DNA of 64,000 nt, from contig OZ024741.1 of assembly GCA_964016885.1 (NCBI GenBank), forward strand, positions 152,396,001-152,460,000, given 5' to 3'. Source of the DNA: Eledone cirrhosa. Its lineage: Eukaryota. The translations under genes and the position numbers were made by a program. The notes below the pieces were generated by a model, which saw nothing but the letters and a program-made list of their open reading frames with translations, ran no database searches and was not told the origin of the DNA. How positions within the stretch are numbered: position 1 is the first letter of the stretch; each line of letters begins with the position of its first letter. Below, one piece after another: positions 39,171 to 53,167 of the stretch.

Positions 39171-41779
39171 AATATAAATTAAATCTTTTATACTTATTTA
39201 GTTTACATAATAATAGAGATAACAGCAGAAACAACAGCCGTAACACCATCATCAAGAACAACAGAAACAACCGTAGCAACAGCAGCAATAAAAATAGCAA
39301 CAACATTATTATATCATTGAGTTGACAAAAAAAACACAAAACTGCAAGATTAGATATCTTACTACAGTTAGTTACAGTCCTGTGTAAAGGCTTCTAATCC
39401 CTTTAGGGGTCACCTACTTTTCACAAATCAAAGGTAAAAACAAAAAATAAAAAACATACTAGTAATATATAGGGATAAAAACAACATCACTTCTTATTCA
39501 CTACAAAATATTGGCTCTAACAAGTAAGGATATCCTCTGTGGGTTCTTGATTTGCTAGAAATAACTAATTCTCCCTCAAACCATATCCTACTGTTTCGAG
39601 AAAGAAAGGACACATTGGACAATGAAGTCATAGATGTACTGTCTGAAGAAAAAGACAGTTTCAGTTGGAAAGTTTGGGATCATATATGCTGAATCAAGGT
39701 TGAACTGGGAGTAAACAACAATACAGGAAAGAGGAATGTAGTTCAATACAAACTGTTTGAACAAGACAAGATGGTCTCTGCTGGAATTCCTTTGATCATA
39801 GGTCCATTGGAATCAGAGCTAATATAGGCTTAAACAGCAACAACTAATTAGCGAGGACTTAAATTCTTTTTTAAATCATAATTACTTTATATTATTTTAT
39901 TATTTTTATCATTTAATTAACTATGGGTTAGCAGAATCATTAGAATGTTGGACAAATTACTTTGCAGTATTCAGTTATGATCTTTTACATTCTGAGTTCA
40001 AATTCTGTCAAGGACAACTTTGCCTACCATCCTTATAGGGCAGATAAAATAAAGTACTAGTAAAGTACTCTGGTTGATATAATCAACTTTACCCACCCAA
40101 CAAATTTCTGGCTTCATGCCTAAATTAGAAATCAATATTTAATCAACTAAACTTCCTCCTAAATTGGCGGCCTTATGCCTATACTAGAAAGTAGCAGAAT
40201 CATTAAATATCAATATTTTTCCATCAACTTTTCCGTGCTAGCATGAGGTGGAAGACTTTATAAAACAATGTTTTACAACTAGATGCCCTTCCTAACAATC
40301 TATTTAGTTACTACGTACAACACACAGGGATATGGTGTATCTATTCTAAACCAAAATGTTGGAGAAAATGCTTTGCAACATTTAGTTATGGTTCAAGTTA
40401 AAATCTTGCGGAGGTCAACTTTGCCTTTCATCCTTGTAAGATTGATAAAATACCAGTCAATCATTGTGGCTGATTTAATCAAATCCCCTCTCCTCTAATT
40501 GCTGGTTCTGTGCCTAAATTATAAACTATTATTACTACATTCTGATTTCAAATCCCACTATGTCCAACTTTGTCTTATGGGGCTAAACAACCCTTCAATA
40601 TTAATGACTTGGAAAGCCAATAAGAAGGCATCTATATGGTCATTCGACCTGTCAGAAATAACAGCTAAATTTCCCTCAAATCCTATTCTACCTACTTAAA
40701 AAAGGAAGGATACATTAGATAATTTAGTTTCGGATAAACTGTCTGAAGAAAAAGAAAAAAGATGGTATGGCCGATCACAGATCTGACCTAGTGTTAAACA
40801 AAATTTAATCATGCAGAAAACGTCAACATTTGTGGGAGGTGTATTGTAGTGGATTTAACCGACACTAATATCTGGTTGGTTTTTATTTTATTGAACCAGA
40901 ATGAAATGAAAAACAAAAATTGAAATTTGAACTCGACGAAAAAAGGGACGTAACTAAGTTCAACAGTATTTTATTCACCGATCCATCAATTCTCTGTTAC
41001 ACCGTCAAGATTTTTTTTTTTTTTTGCCACGAGGGGCCAACCAAGATGTTGGTAATTACACTACAGGGACAAGATACGAAAAAAGTTGGTTTAGATTAAG
41101 TAAAAAAAAAAAGGCGAAATAAACAAAAACAAACAACCATAAAAATAGTTTCTAATTTAGGTACACGGCTAGCAATCTGGGGGGAAGGGAAGTCAATTAT
41201 AACGACCACAGTACTCTACTGGTACTTTATTTTATAGCCTTCCCAATCTCCAGAAGAAAGAAATCAAAAGTGACATCGGCAGTATGAACTCAGAACGTAA
41301 AGAGCTATAAGAAATTCTTCAAAGTATTTCATTCGACGTTCTAACATAGGCACAAGGGAAAAGATTTTTTTTTTTTTTTTTTGATGGGAGGGATAGTCGA
41401 ATATATCGACCCTAGTACTTTATGCTCATTTTAATTTGAAGTCCAAATCAATATGGAAGCACCGTAGTGAAGGGTACTTTAATTTTATTGAAACATGGAA
41501 GGATAAAAAAAAACAAGTAGGATTTGAACTAAAAACGGAAAGAACCGAAACGAATACCATAAAGCAGTCTGACACTTCAACGATTATGACAATTCTATAT
41601 ATTAGGCACAAGTATCACGCGTTTGTAAAGAAGGATGTAGATGTATTAATTGGTCGGCTCCACTGTGGATAGCTGTTATCTTAGTTTAAAGAGACACACC
41701 CACCCAATGGAGGAGAGACTAAATGAAAAACTTTTATTTAATTTTTTTTAAAACGCACACTTAATTACAAGCCACAAGA

Positions 41780-42240
41780 GGCACTACAATTTTGCTTGCA
41801 GCATTGCCATAGGCGATAGCGACACTAAGACACTAGAATAACTAAGCACCCTCATAAGGAGCATCAACTGATACATCAGTAAGGTGAGCACCAGCAATGA
41901 TGACAACCTTATTGCCAGCGCCCCCCCTCCCACACACACAAACGTATCGAACGGAACGGTGTAAAAATAGTTTGTGGATAATCCCTGGTATATTAGAATT
42001 TTATTCCGCTCTGTTACCACAGCATCCACAATGTGGGAAGGAGCAAAGAATCGCTGACTGTGGAGTCCCAAATGAGACATCTACCTGTTACGCAGGGACA
42101 AAGGGTAAGACTATCTGGCCTCTTTCCAGCAACCTTGGCTCCAAAATTGAGGGAATATAGATACACTTTGGCTGGAATTTCTACTTTAGAATGTAGGAAG
42201 AACGACATCGGATGTTGTAAGCCATTTAACTCGACCACTT
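41780..42240 (-). mobile_element. CRE-like (restriction-like endonuclease) non-LTR retrotransposon C-terminal remnant
   Basis: GKRPDSLTLCPCVTGRCLIWDSTVSD and downstream LSVAIAYGNAASKI match the KRPDG.T..PW..G..L.WD.T..D and LS.A.QRGNA motifs of RLE domains. Confidence 0.72.
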
Positions 42241-42889
42241 TATCAACAATAACATCAATAACTTCTTATATTGACGAGCTAATGAGAGAACGTAAATGTG
42301 GTTACTCCAATTGTTACAAATAACTCCCAAATCTCTCAAATCGCAACCACCCAACCCAATCTTAGCAGTGGCAAGAACACGGACAATGTACTCCTAAATA
42401 TTCACCAACTTAAACGGGATGGCAACGCGGCTAGAATACTTATCATAGGTCAATTTAGTAGGAAGTAACCTGGGTTTAAACAACTACTACTACTTACATT
42501 GGCACAAGACTTCACTATGTAAGAAATAAGATGGGTGGGTGAGAATATAATCGATGAAATCGTCTACTGTACATACACATTATATATATGACTAGTACAC
42601 ACACATGACTAGTAAATATTTCCTTATCGGCTCAGGAGGAAAGAAAAACAAAGTCGAACACGGTAGTATCTGCAATTATTCAGGAACTACAAAGAAAAAA
42701 CTAAACAAATATTGTAATGACGTTCTATTGTTTGTGGCAACTTCAACCTGTTGGGGTTGGAGTGATTGGCTAAGTTGCTCCAGCGTAATTTGAACTAAAA
42801 AGAAATACTCTATGTATACAACTTAGCTAAGAAACAGTACATACCTTTATAAAGATCTTATTTCTGGCTCCTTTTTTTTTTTTTTTTCA

Positions 42890-43423
<534 letters not shown>

Positions 43424-43500
43424 TCAACGATAGTTGTTATATATATATATATATAAATATAAATAATATATATACAAAGATAACAGTGATAGGAATGAAA

Positions 43501-43597
43501 CTGTATAGAGGGAAGGGAAAAAATGTAGAAGCCGAAACAAGTTTTTGTCAGACACACATATACATGTGTGTGTGTATATATATTTTCCTTAACTCAC
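43501..43597 (-). other. Candidate 5'-UTR intron upstream of PI4K2 exon 1a
   Basis: Minus strand has a GTGAGT donor at 43597 and the polypyrimidine tract ttttttcccttccctctataCAG ending at 43501, about 125 nt upstream of the ATG. Confidence 0.4.
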
Positions 43598-44173
43598 AAG
43601 TGACTTAAAAACCGTCAAATAAACAAACAAAAATCTTACTGAAAATTACGGATATATATATATGGGATACTTTTGTCAAGTTATTTACACATATGTATAG
43701 ATATTTGTAACTGTATAGATATATAAGGTGTTGCGTCTAAGTGTTATGTGATACAAATATATATATAGAGATATATATTGTTTGTGTTACGTATGTTATG
43801 TGTTATGTGTATTAAGCTCGCGCGCGTGTTTAACTAAACTACGTTGTGTCCTGCTGATTATTAAACAGCAATGATGTAGTAATAAATGTGATAATAATAC
43901 GGAGTAGTTCAAAATATAAAAGAAAGAAAAATAACAACACAAAAGAGAAGAAAAAATATCAGGTAAATATCATTCTACGTGGATGCCAATAGAGTAAACA
44001 ACAATTAGAAAAGTGAGGGCGGCTAAAGACAGGTGGTGTTTTACATGTTATATATGTATATGGATATATGAATGTTAAACTTTGTCAGAGTGTAGTGTTT
44101 AGATGATGTAAATTGTTGAGCTCGCCATATACACACTCCTGTATGCATGTGTGTATATAGATATATATATATT

Positions 44174-44226
<53 letters not shown>

Positions 44227-45079
44227 GGAATAGTATAAATGTGTGCGTATATATATTTATATATATACACACACGCGCGCGCACACACAAAGGAAGACAG
44301 AGTAAAATATATAATCGACCAGGTGATCTCACCCAACAAAAAAACACACAACAGAGCTACACCACTATTCTCTAGCAGTTATATACACATTCAATTAATA
44401 CTGGAATTACCTCCCTTGATATCTCTAATTTTCCAATCACACCCACCTTGATACGTTTCATTCTTTTTATATCATCTCCATACTGTTACTGTTACTGTTA
44501 CTGTTGTTGTTGTTGTTTGACTCCAACATAACGGCAGATCTATTAGCAAAGGCATTCCAGCTGTGACCATCCTGCTTTTTCTTCTGTGTATAATATAATC
44601 CAGACTACTCTATACAATGTAATATTTTCTTAGAGGTAGGATTTGAGTGATACATGGTTACCATTTCTAGCCTGAAGACGTTCTTGTTGCAGTTGTAGTT
44701 GTTTAAATCCCAAGCCACCCCTGATCCAGCAGCAACGGTTCTATAATAGGGTGTGATATGAGGGAATTTGGCTATTTCTTCTAACATGCAGTCGTTATAG
44801 TTGTAGTTGTTTAATTCCCAAACCATCCCGCGACACAGCAGCAGGGACTGCATAATCAAAGGCGTTGCATCCCCATCCGTTTTGTCTTATTTAGACATAA
44901 GAGTATCTAAGACTATATTATGAAATGCATTCATTCTCCTTTCCTATAAGTGTTGTTTAGTTCTATATCATTCCTGTTCTTGCAGTAGGTCTATGAAGGT
45001 CTAGTCATAACCATCATGTCATTTTTATATAGACATAAATATGGCTAGGACTACATTATATAATGTATTATATGAAATC

Positions 45080-45345
45080 ACACTCAGACACACTCCAGCT
45101 GCTGGCCTATAAACATACTGTCTCCTCTCTGCCTCTTCTACAGCTTCTATAATGGTCTCCGGCTCCTCACAGACACCTTCTAGCACCAGGCTCATAGACA
45201 TGCTGTCACATCTTTCTGCCTCTCCTACTGCTACTACAATGGATCCTGTGTTTTGGCTAGTCTTGTACCACTTCCACTCAAGCACTCTCAACTCAGTTGT
45301 CTTTCCTCTCATAACATATGGTAAGTTCACACTATCCCCGACCTC
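45080..45345 (+). mobile_element. CR1-like LINE remnant
   Basis: Degenerate LAYKHTVSSLCLFYSFYNG motif typical of CR1-group ORF2 C-termini. Confidence 0.45.
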
Positions 45346-45352
45346 ACATTAA

Positions 45353-45573
45353 CCCTTTAGCATTTACATTACTCCATATTTACTATTATATTTTCAGGGT
45401 AAAGGCTTTACCTCACATAATTATCTCACATAATATTGAATCTATGAGATTTTTATATTATTTATTTTGAGAACAATACCTTAACATCAGTATGAGTGGC
45501 TGGTTACAGCTGGTTTGAACAAAAAGAGGTGAGAGAATTCTGGCTGGATATGGCTGGTTTAAATGGTAAAGGG
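45353..45573. mobile_element. piggyBac-type MITE
   Basis: TTAA|CCCTTTAGCATTTA ... TAAATGGTAAAGGG|TTAA. Confidence 0.82.
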
Positions 45574-45804
45574 TTAACCACTCCTCCCAGTCCTTCCTGC
45601 CCATTGGAACTCCCTGTCTGCTCATCTGCTACCAGTATGAGTCGACATACTCTACTTGATGTATTGAGTACTCTAATTTAACTTTAATTCCTTTCCATTC
45701 TTTAACAAAATATTATTTTAACATATATATATGCATTTATATACAAAGTGTTAAAACATGTATAACATGTGTGTATATATATATATATATATATATTCAT
45801 TTCA

Positions 45805-46355
45805 TTCATTTCATTTCATTTTACGTCCGCTTTTCCCTGCTTGCAAGGGTGGGACGGGAACTGATTCTGGCATGATTTCTACAGCTGGATGCCCTTCCTA
45901 ACACCAACCTCATTAACAGTGAGTGCTGGGTGCTATTTTGCCGTGGCACCTCCACGACCACTTTGCAGTGGAATGATAGAGACCCCAGTCCCTATCATCT
46001 CATTTCTACAGCTGAGTAAACTGGAGCAATGTGAAATAAAGTCTCTTGCTCAAGGAAACAACACATCACCCGGTCTGAGAATCTCAGACCGGGTGATGTG
46101 TTGTTTCCTTGAGCAAGACACTTTATTTCACATTGCTCCAGTTTACTCAGCTGTAGAAATGAGATGGTAGGGACTGGGGTCCATATCATTCCATTGCAAA
46201 GTGGTCGTGGAGGTGCCACAGAAAAAAAGCACCCACCACTCACTGTAAATGAGGTTAGTGTTAGGAAGGGCATCCAGCTGTAGAAATCAAGCCAGAATCA
46301 GTTCCCGTCCCACCCTTGCAAGCAGGGAAAAAGTGGACGTAAAATGAAATGATAA
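45805..46355. repeat. Head-to-head family B SINE palindrome
   Basis: About 270-bp arms meeting at ...CCCGGTCTGAGA-A-TCTCAGACCGGG... centred on 46081. Confidence 0.92.
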
Positions 46356-46402
46356 AAAAATGAAATGATATTTATATATTTATATATATATTTATATATA
46401 TT

Positions 46403-46435
<33 letters not shown>

Positions 46436-46442
46436 ATTTATA

Positions 46443-46475
<33 letters not shown>

Positions 46476-46477
<2 letters not shown>

Positions 46478-46630
46478 GTAATAAACAACATAAGACAAGT
46501 ATTCCATCTACCAAAGGGTTCACAAAGGCAGACCAGCTCGAGACATATGTCTGAAATCGTTCGTCGAGCTCGTCTGTCTTCGTGAAACCTTTGCTAAATG
46601 AAATAATTGTCTTATGTTGTTTATTACATA
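46476..46630. repeat. Imperfect fold-back element
   Basis: Arms tatgtaataaacaacataagacaa...agctcga and tcgagct...ttgtcttatgttgtttattacata. Confidence 0.85.
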
Positions 46631-47438
46631 ACTAAATAGCTCTGTAGCCTACATAGAGCACTCTCCTTTCCTTTACCTTTCCTACGGAAACACTTCATAT
46701 AGATAGATATGTATATATATATATATACGTGTGTGTATGTGTGTATACATATATGTGTGTGTGTGTGTATACACATATGTGTGTGTGTGTATGTATGTAT
46801 ATATATATATATATATATAGAAAGAAATGTGCTAGCAGCCAAAGGCCAAAGTGTATGATAAAATTATATACACATATCTAATATGTGGGCATGTAATAAA
46901 CATGACAGAAAAATGAAATTTCCCTGTAAATCATAAAAATGATAAACACCTTTAATTCGTTTTGGGATTTAATTGGACCCAAAAAGGAGAACAGGTCAAC
47001 ATCATTGGCTGCTATTGAGTCACATGTTTTACATCAAGAGTTTTCCTTCTCCTAGAATGATGTCCTAACAAGAACTAGAGGTCTCTCACTCCTGACTGGC
47101 TAACCATGCACTCAGACACTAAACTGGATATCTCCATGTCCCCACAGATATATATATTCTTATTATGGCTAAGTAATGAGTCTCATTGTTTGGGAGTTTT
47201 AGCTGTGTACTCACAGATCATCAAACACACACACACATACAGATATATAATGTAGTACAAGTTTGGTAGAATTATCCGAGGGTAAGGGCACTCAGTCCAT
47301 AGGACGAGTTAAGTATAATTAGTTACAACAAATGTCTATCTCCTTCATTGTTTATGTAACAGGCTGAATAAGTTGGGGTGTATAACCAATGAAACTTAAG
47401 TACTAGTATATGTCACTGTTGTAACTAATTATATGCAT

Positions 47439-47483
<45 letters not shown>

Positions 47484-47496
47484 TATATATATGTAT

Positions 47497-47586
47497 ATAG
47501 GAAAAGAGTCAGGACCCCGACGGCTGAGCTCTGGCCATTTTGACAGCTAGATCCGACAGCTGCCGGGGTCCTGACTCTTTTCCTAT
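47497..47586. repeat. Fold-back hairpin
   Basis: ataggaaaagagtcaggacccc ... ggggtcctgactcttttcctat, a perfect stem of about 22 bp that extends imperfectly. Confidence 0.85.
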
Positions 47587-47989
47587 TACCTACTCTACAA
47601 CCCTAATTATTGAGAACTCTGGCGCATTATGGTCCACTTGATATCTTACCACACCCTCTTTGTTATATATGTATATATATATATATTAATATATTAATGT
47701 TTGTGCCACAATAATAAAATGCACACAGCACAAGCTATTAGGAGATTGCAATCATGCTAAATATGAAATGTAATGAAGAAGATGAGTTACTCCCACCTAA
47801 CTCAAGTAGTGTTGCCAACATAAAATCACAATTTTATGCTAAATTTCAGTATTAACAGAAATGCTAGATAAGGGGGAAAATGCTGAAGTTCAATTATATT
47901 GATATACATGATTTTTAATTACTTTTTTATTTACATTCTTTTATTACATTCAACATTGGTAATAATTTTTTCAATTTCACTAATTTGTT

Positions 47990-50110
47990 TACTTTCAGCT
48001 GCAGTTTCTGGGTCTTAACTTTTGTATATATCCAAGGTCCCAATCTTGTCAAATATAGGGTTTTGCATACTAAAGTTTTTGCAGCATTTGCCATATCTTT
48101 TTAGTCCATATTTTACAAAAAAAAGTATTGACTCAAGCGTAGGAAGTTGCATTTTGTTTTTAAGTTTTGATTTGATTCTACTCATACTACTGAACCGTTT
48201 GAGTTTGGCAATATCAATAGGTTAATGGCAAATTTTGCAACTTCTCTAAAGGGATTTCCTTCAGTGGCATCTTTATAATCCAAAACTTCCAACTAAAATA
48301 CTTCAATATGAGAGGTATTTGTCCATTTAACTAAATGGAATCTCATCATCATCATCATCACCGTTTAATGTCCATTTTTCCACACTAGCATGGGTTAGGC
48401 GGGTTGTCCCATTTAGGGCATGTTGGGTCAGGTGACCGTGTCTTACTCACACAAAACTGTTTCTGGCTTGGTTTCTACAGCTGGATGCCCTTCCTAACGT
48501 CAACCACATTACAGTGAGTGCTGGATGTTTTTTGTCATGACTCCTACATGACCACTTTACAGTGTGGGCTGGATGCTTTTTGTTGTGACACTGGAATCTG
48601 TTAAATTGAATTTTGATTGAAGCAATTTTTTCTTCATTTATATGCATTTCTTCTAAGACTGGAAAAATTGGCTCATTTAAATATCTCTACTGAAGAACAT
48701 TTGATATTCCTCAGGATATTAAAGTTTTCTAGCAAACATTGTTTAAGCTGTTATAAAGGCAGAGTAAAAAGTGCGCTCTTTTAAAAATATTATTTTCTTC
48801 AGTAGCAGTTACACTCTTATTGATTATCATTTCTGCTATCTTTCTCTTGAATCTGTAGCCTAAATTTGGTTTAGGACTAAGAAATTCTGCAATGTAAGCA
48901 TCAGCATCAATTCTACATGTTGGCAATACTATCAAATTAGCAATAGATTTGATCAGATTCAAAAGATCTTTTTTTTTTTAACAGTTTTGTTTCAAACAGT
49001 TTATTCACTTCCTGATCATGTTTTAGAATTGGATGCCAAAATAAAAGAAAAAGTTCATTCCTAGAATCACAAAACATTTTGTGTAGTATCTATACTTGTA
49101 GTTTGGAAAAAAGTTTGTAATTCAAAACATTGGTTTAAAATTCTAGTTACAGCTGGTTTTATTGATAGCCACCAAGTTGCACAGGAATTCACAATCTTCA
49201 AGGGCTCTTTATCATTGATATCATGGTAAAGTTGTTTGTATGCTCTTTGTCTAGTTGAAGTGTGAGAAACCATTATAGGTTTTGGATACGAAAAATTCAA
49301 AGTTTCTGGACTGTCATTCAGCCAAGTATAGGATACTTCCAACTGTAAAGAATGACATTCACATCTAAATAGAAGTAATGATGGAACTTACTCTTTTAAT
49401 TTCTGGAAAACACCATTGTTGACTTTTATCATTACACTAGCATTGTTGGTTCCTATAGACATCTGAATTTTTATGTTTAATTTCTTTTTCACTAATTCAA
49501 CTGTTAAGGCATTTACAATACCATTTCTAAAGATACTATACTGAAATATGTAGGTACAACTGTTTTTGTGGTTTTCACTGTAATAAATGATAACAATTCA
49601 TAACAATTTATTCATAGATATATCATTGGATTCCTCTAATAACAGGATATTTTCTTATCTCCTATATCAGAAATGAAATCTTGATCCAAATATAGAACTA
49701 GAACATTTCTCACTATATTTGCACTCTTCATATGATACAACTTCACTTTAGACATAATATCACGATTTGATACATAATTCTTAAACAGGTCTAAGTGGTC
49801 ACAGCTATTAAATGATGAGTGGCAACAAATATATATGGCTAAATTTGCTTCAAGCATAAATGTTGTATCATTTTTTGTTTTAATAAAATGGGTAAGAGGA
49901 ATCCTTTGTTGGGGAGTTGATGTATTATGTTACTTTGTTTCACAGTGACTTACTAAAAGAGAATATTTTGTCAAAATATCACATCTACAATATTTGAAAT
50001 GTGGTCACAATATTTGCAATGTTGGTCACTAGGTATTTCACACTACCACTTAGTAAAAGCCATTCTTTTCAGACCTTTTGCTGGTACAGCTTTGTTTTTT
50101 CTTTGCTTAT
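47990..50110 (-). pseudogene. Disrupted hAT transposase
   Basis: Fragments ANLAIYICCHSSFNSCDHL, KEPLKIVNSCATWWLSIKPAVTRILNQCFELQTFF (the T-R-W-L-S motif) and a C.CHSL.L-like segment. Interrupted by an RTE/SINE-tail insertion at about 48345-48595. Confidence 0.72.
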
Positions 50111-50228
50111 TATAAAGGAGGAAGCAAGAAAATAAATTGAATGATTATTAAAAAAAAATTTTTTTTAATTAAAAACACAACTTATCCATTTGCTGCTAAT
50201 GATACTGTTAAAATAAATGGAGAAGTAA

Positions 50229-51858
50229 AGGCGTCCAAAGTTAAGACATGGGAGGACTTTGGGGTTAAGCTGGAATCCAACTTCAGATCAGCAAATGAAG
50301 TGTTCTGGCAGACCATCCACCGTCTTCGTAATAAGAAGCCCTCCTCTACACGTGCTATCAGGAACATGTCTGGGATTCTCCTCTCTTCAGAGAGGTGCAT
50401 CCTCATGATGTGGAAAAAATACTTTGCTGATCTAAACACAATCACAACAGTATCTTCTGATGTACATGAGGTGCATCTGGGAGCGGTGACTAAACTCTCC
50501 AAGGCTGAGGTCACAAGAGCAGTTAAAGAGCTCAAATGTGGCAAGATCACTGGGGAAGCTGAAATCCAGCCTGAGATGTTATAAGCCTTAAATAGAGAAG
50601 ATATTCTCTGGCTGACTTATGTGTGCCAGGTGGCCTGGATATCTAGAAAGGCACCTAAGCAATGGCAATCAAGAGTGATAATCCCAATTTTCAAAAAGGG
50701 AGAGAAGAGAGATTGTTCCAATTACAGAGGGATCTCCTTGTTAAGCCTCCCTAGTAAAGTCTATGTTAAATGTCTGGCAAAAAGATGTAGGGAGATTGTC
50801 GAGTCTAAGCTAGCTGTTGAACAGTGCAGCACAACCGACTAAATATTCACAATGCAGCAGGTCTTTGAGAAATCCTGGGAGTATTGCCAAGAAGTATGTT
50901 CTTGTTTTTTAGACCTTGAAAAGGCATATGACCGCATTCCTTGGGACCTGTTGTGGAAGGTTCTGCAGTAGTATGGCATCGATGATCAGCTTCTTGTTGT
51001 CCTGATGTCTCTATACAAATGTCTGAGCATTTGAGTTTGGATAAATGGTGCTAAATCAAAACCATTTAATATGTGAGTTAAACTCCACCAAGGGTGCGTA
51101 CTGTCACCTGTCCTGTTCATTATTTTCATAAACAGGATTGACATGTTCAGCTGGGTTGGAAGTGGTATCATGACTGGCAGGTGTAAAATCAGTTGGATGG
51201 AATTTGCAGATGAAATGGTGTTACTTAACTCAACAAAAGGTGATCTCCAACTTGCAATTGATAGGTTTGATGCTGAGTGCTGCATGGCTGTGCAGTGCAC
51301 TTGACATATAAATGGAGTTCCACTGAAGCAGATGGAGAAGTCCAAGTACCTCGGGGCCGTGTTCATGAGTGATGGAAGGCAGGAGGCTGAATTAACTGCA
51401 AGAATTGCAGGAGCTGGTGCAGTAATGTGCCAGCTTCAGCATTCAGTAATCAGAAGGGAGGTAGGTGTAAAAGTCAAACTCGCTATCTAAAATAGGGTTC
51501 CTTCAAAGGTCTTTAGAGTAACATTACTTAATAGAGTGTGTAGCTTGGAGATCGGTGAGCCACTACTTCTCTGAATTGAGAGATCACAGCTCCAATATTA
51601 CAGGCATGTGGTTAGAATGTCTCAGAAAAGTATTGCTGGGCAGATTTCACAGGTAAAACCAACCAGCAGAAGACCCAGGAGTAGACTCTGAGCACGATTG
51701 TTGGATAACAACCACGAGCTTGGCTGGTCTCGCTTGGGATCCAGCCGGATCAGTTGGAGATGGTTGCTTCTGACAGGATCCACTGGAAGGAGTGTTTGAG
51801 GACTCTGCCCCACGACCCTCTCAGGAATAAGTGGGCGAAGAAGAAGAAAAAGAAGAAA
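50229..51858 (+). mobile_element. RTE-clade LINE, 5'-truncated and internally deleted
   Basis: IIPIFKKGEKRDCSNYRGISLLSLPSKVY, FLDLEKAYDRIP, LHQGCVLSPVLF, EFADE and KYLG motifs, ending in a (GAA)n tail. Confidence 0.93.
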
Positions 51859-52243
51859 TATTCTGTTATACCCGAGGACATCAAATTTCACTTTCAATCC
51901 TTCATTTCATATCTATGGCCGAAATTACAACTATATAAACTATTCTTTAAAAATAAGTAAGAAAAAAAGTAAGTAGAAAAAGAAAGGGGAGACCTCGTAC
52001 TTTCACAGAAGGCTTATCATCCAAAACAAATACGAAAAAACATAACCGGTAAACGTATAGAATAACGAACCGATGTAAGGGACGTAAAAAATTTGATATA
52101 TATATGTATGTATGTATGTATATATATGTGTGCGTGTGTGTATCTGTGTGTGTATATATATATATATATATGAATTTACCGAGTATATTTACAGGTATGT
52201 TTACACACACACACTGAGACAGACAGACACACATATATATAGA

Positions 52244-53085
52244 TCATCATCATCATTATCGTTTTACGTCCGTTCTTCCATGTTAGCATATCTAGGGCGG
52301 GTAAAATTCCCGAGATCCATGAACGAGTTCTCGCCAGCAGTCTCTGTCCCTCATCATCGCTGCCAAGTCCTGCGTCTCCAAGAGACCAGTGTCTGTCCTT
52401 AGGACATCAACATATGTCAACCTCGGTCTCCCTCTTCTAGTGTGTCAATGCAGAGGCCCCCACAGGAGCACTGAGTGCAGTGTCAACTCTGGGTGTCGGT
52501 GAGCATGTCCAGCTAACCTCAATTTCCTCTGTGCTAATCTCGAGCTGACTTTTAGGAGGCTCCCGTACAGCTCTGAGTTCTTCAGCCTTAGTGTATACTG
52601 ATTAATGTTCAGAGCCATCTTCAGCATTCTCGTGTAGCACCCATCCACCATCTGAGTGAGTTTCTTGGTCCAAGTCTCAGACCAGTACAGCAGCACAGAC
52701 TCCACTACAGCAACGATGAGACAGATCTTCAGGTCTTTACGAAGGTCCGACTTCCACACCCATCTCAAACTGTGGCACGCCGCCCAGTCTTTGCTCTTCC
52801 TCTCGACCACATCATCTTCTGTATTCCCAATCTTTGCTCCCAGATTCAGGAAGTCCTCAACCAATTCTAGCGGCTTCCTGCCTACATTAATAATCTTCTC
52901 TGGCTTCTTAACATTCTCTACCAGATACTTCGTCTTAATCTCCTTCATTCTCAGCCCCACAATCATCGACACAGTCTCCAGCATCAACTCCTCTGCCTCC
53001 TTCACTGAGTTTGTCACCAAAACTATGTCGCCAGCAAATTCAGCATTCGATATCTTTTTCGCCATAACTCCCCTGCTCTGAGCTA
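52244..53085 (-). mobile_element. RTE-group LINE 3' fragment(s)
   Basis: EFAGDIVL (FADD-like), DFLNLG, VLLYWSETW and KLRLAGH motifs, with an (ATG)n tail at 52244. Confidence 0.88.
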
Positions 53086-53098
53086 CTGTTACAGTAAA

Positions 53099-53159
<61 letters not shown>

Positions 53160-53167
<8 letters not shown>

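Noticed and set aside
44820-44860. Cys-rich minus-strand frame (CSPCCC) resembling the PI4KII CCPCC palmitoylation motif
   Set aside because: It lies upstream of exon 1a, inside a dispersed repeat, and lacks the flanking KWTKW and FGR residues.
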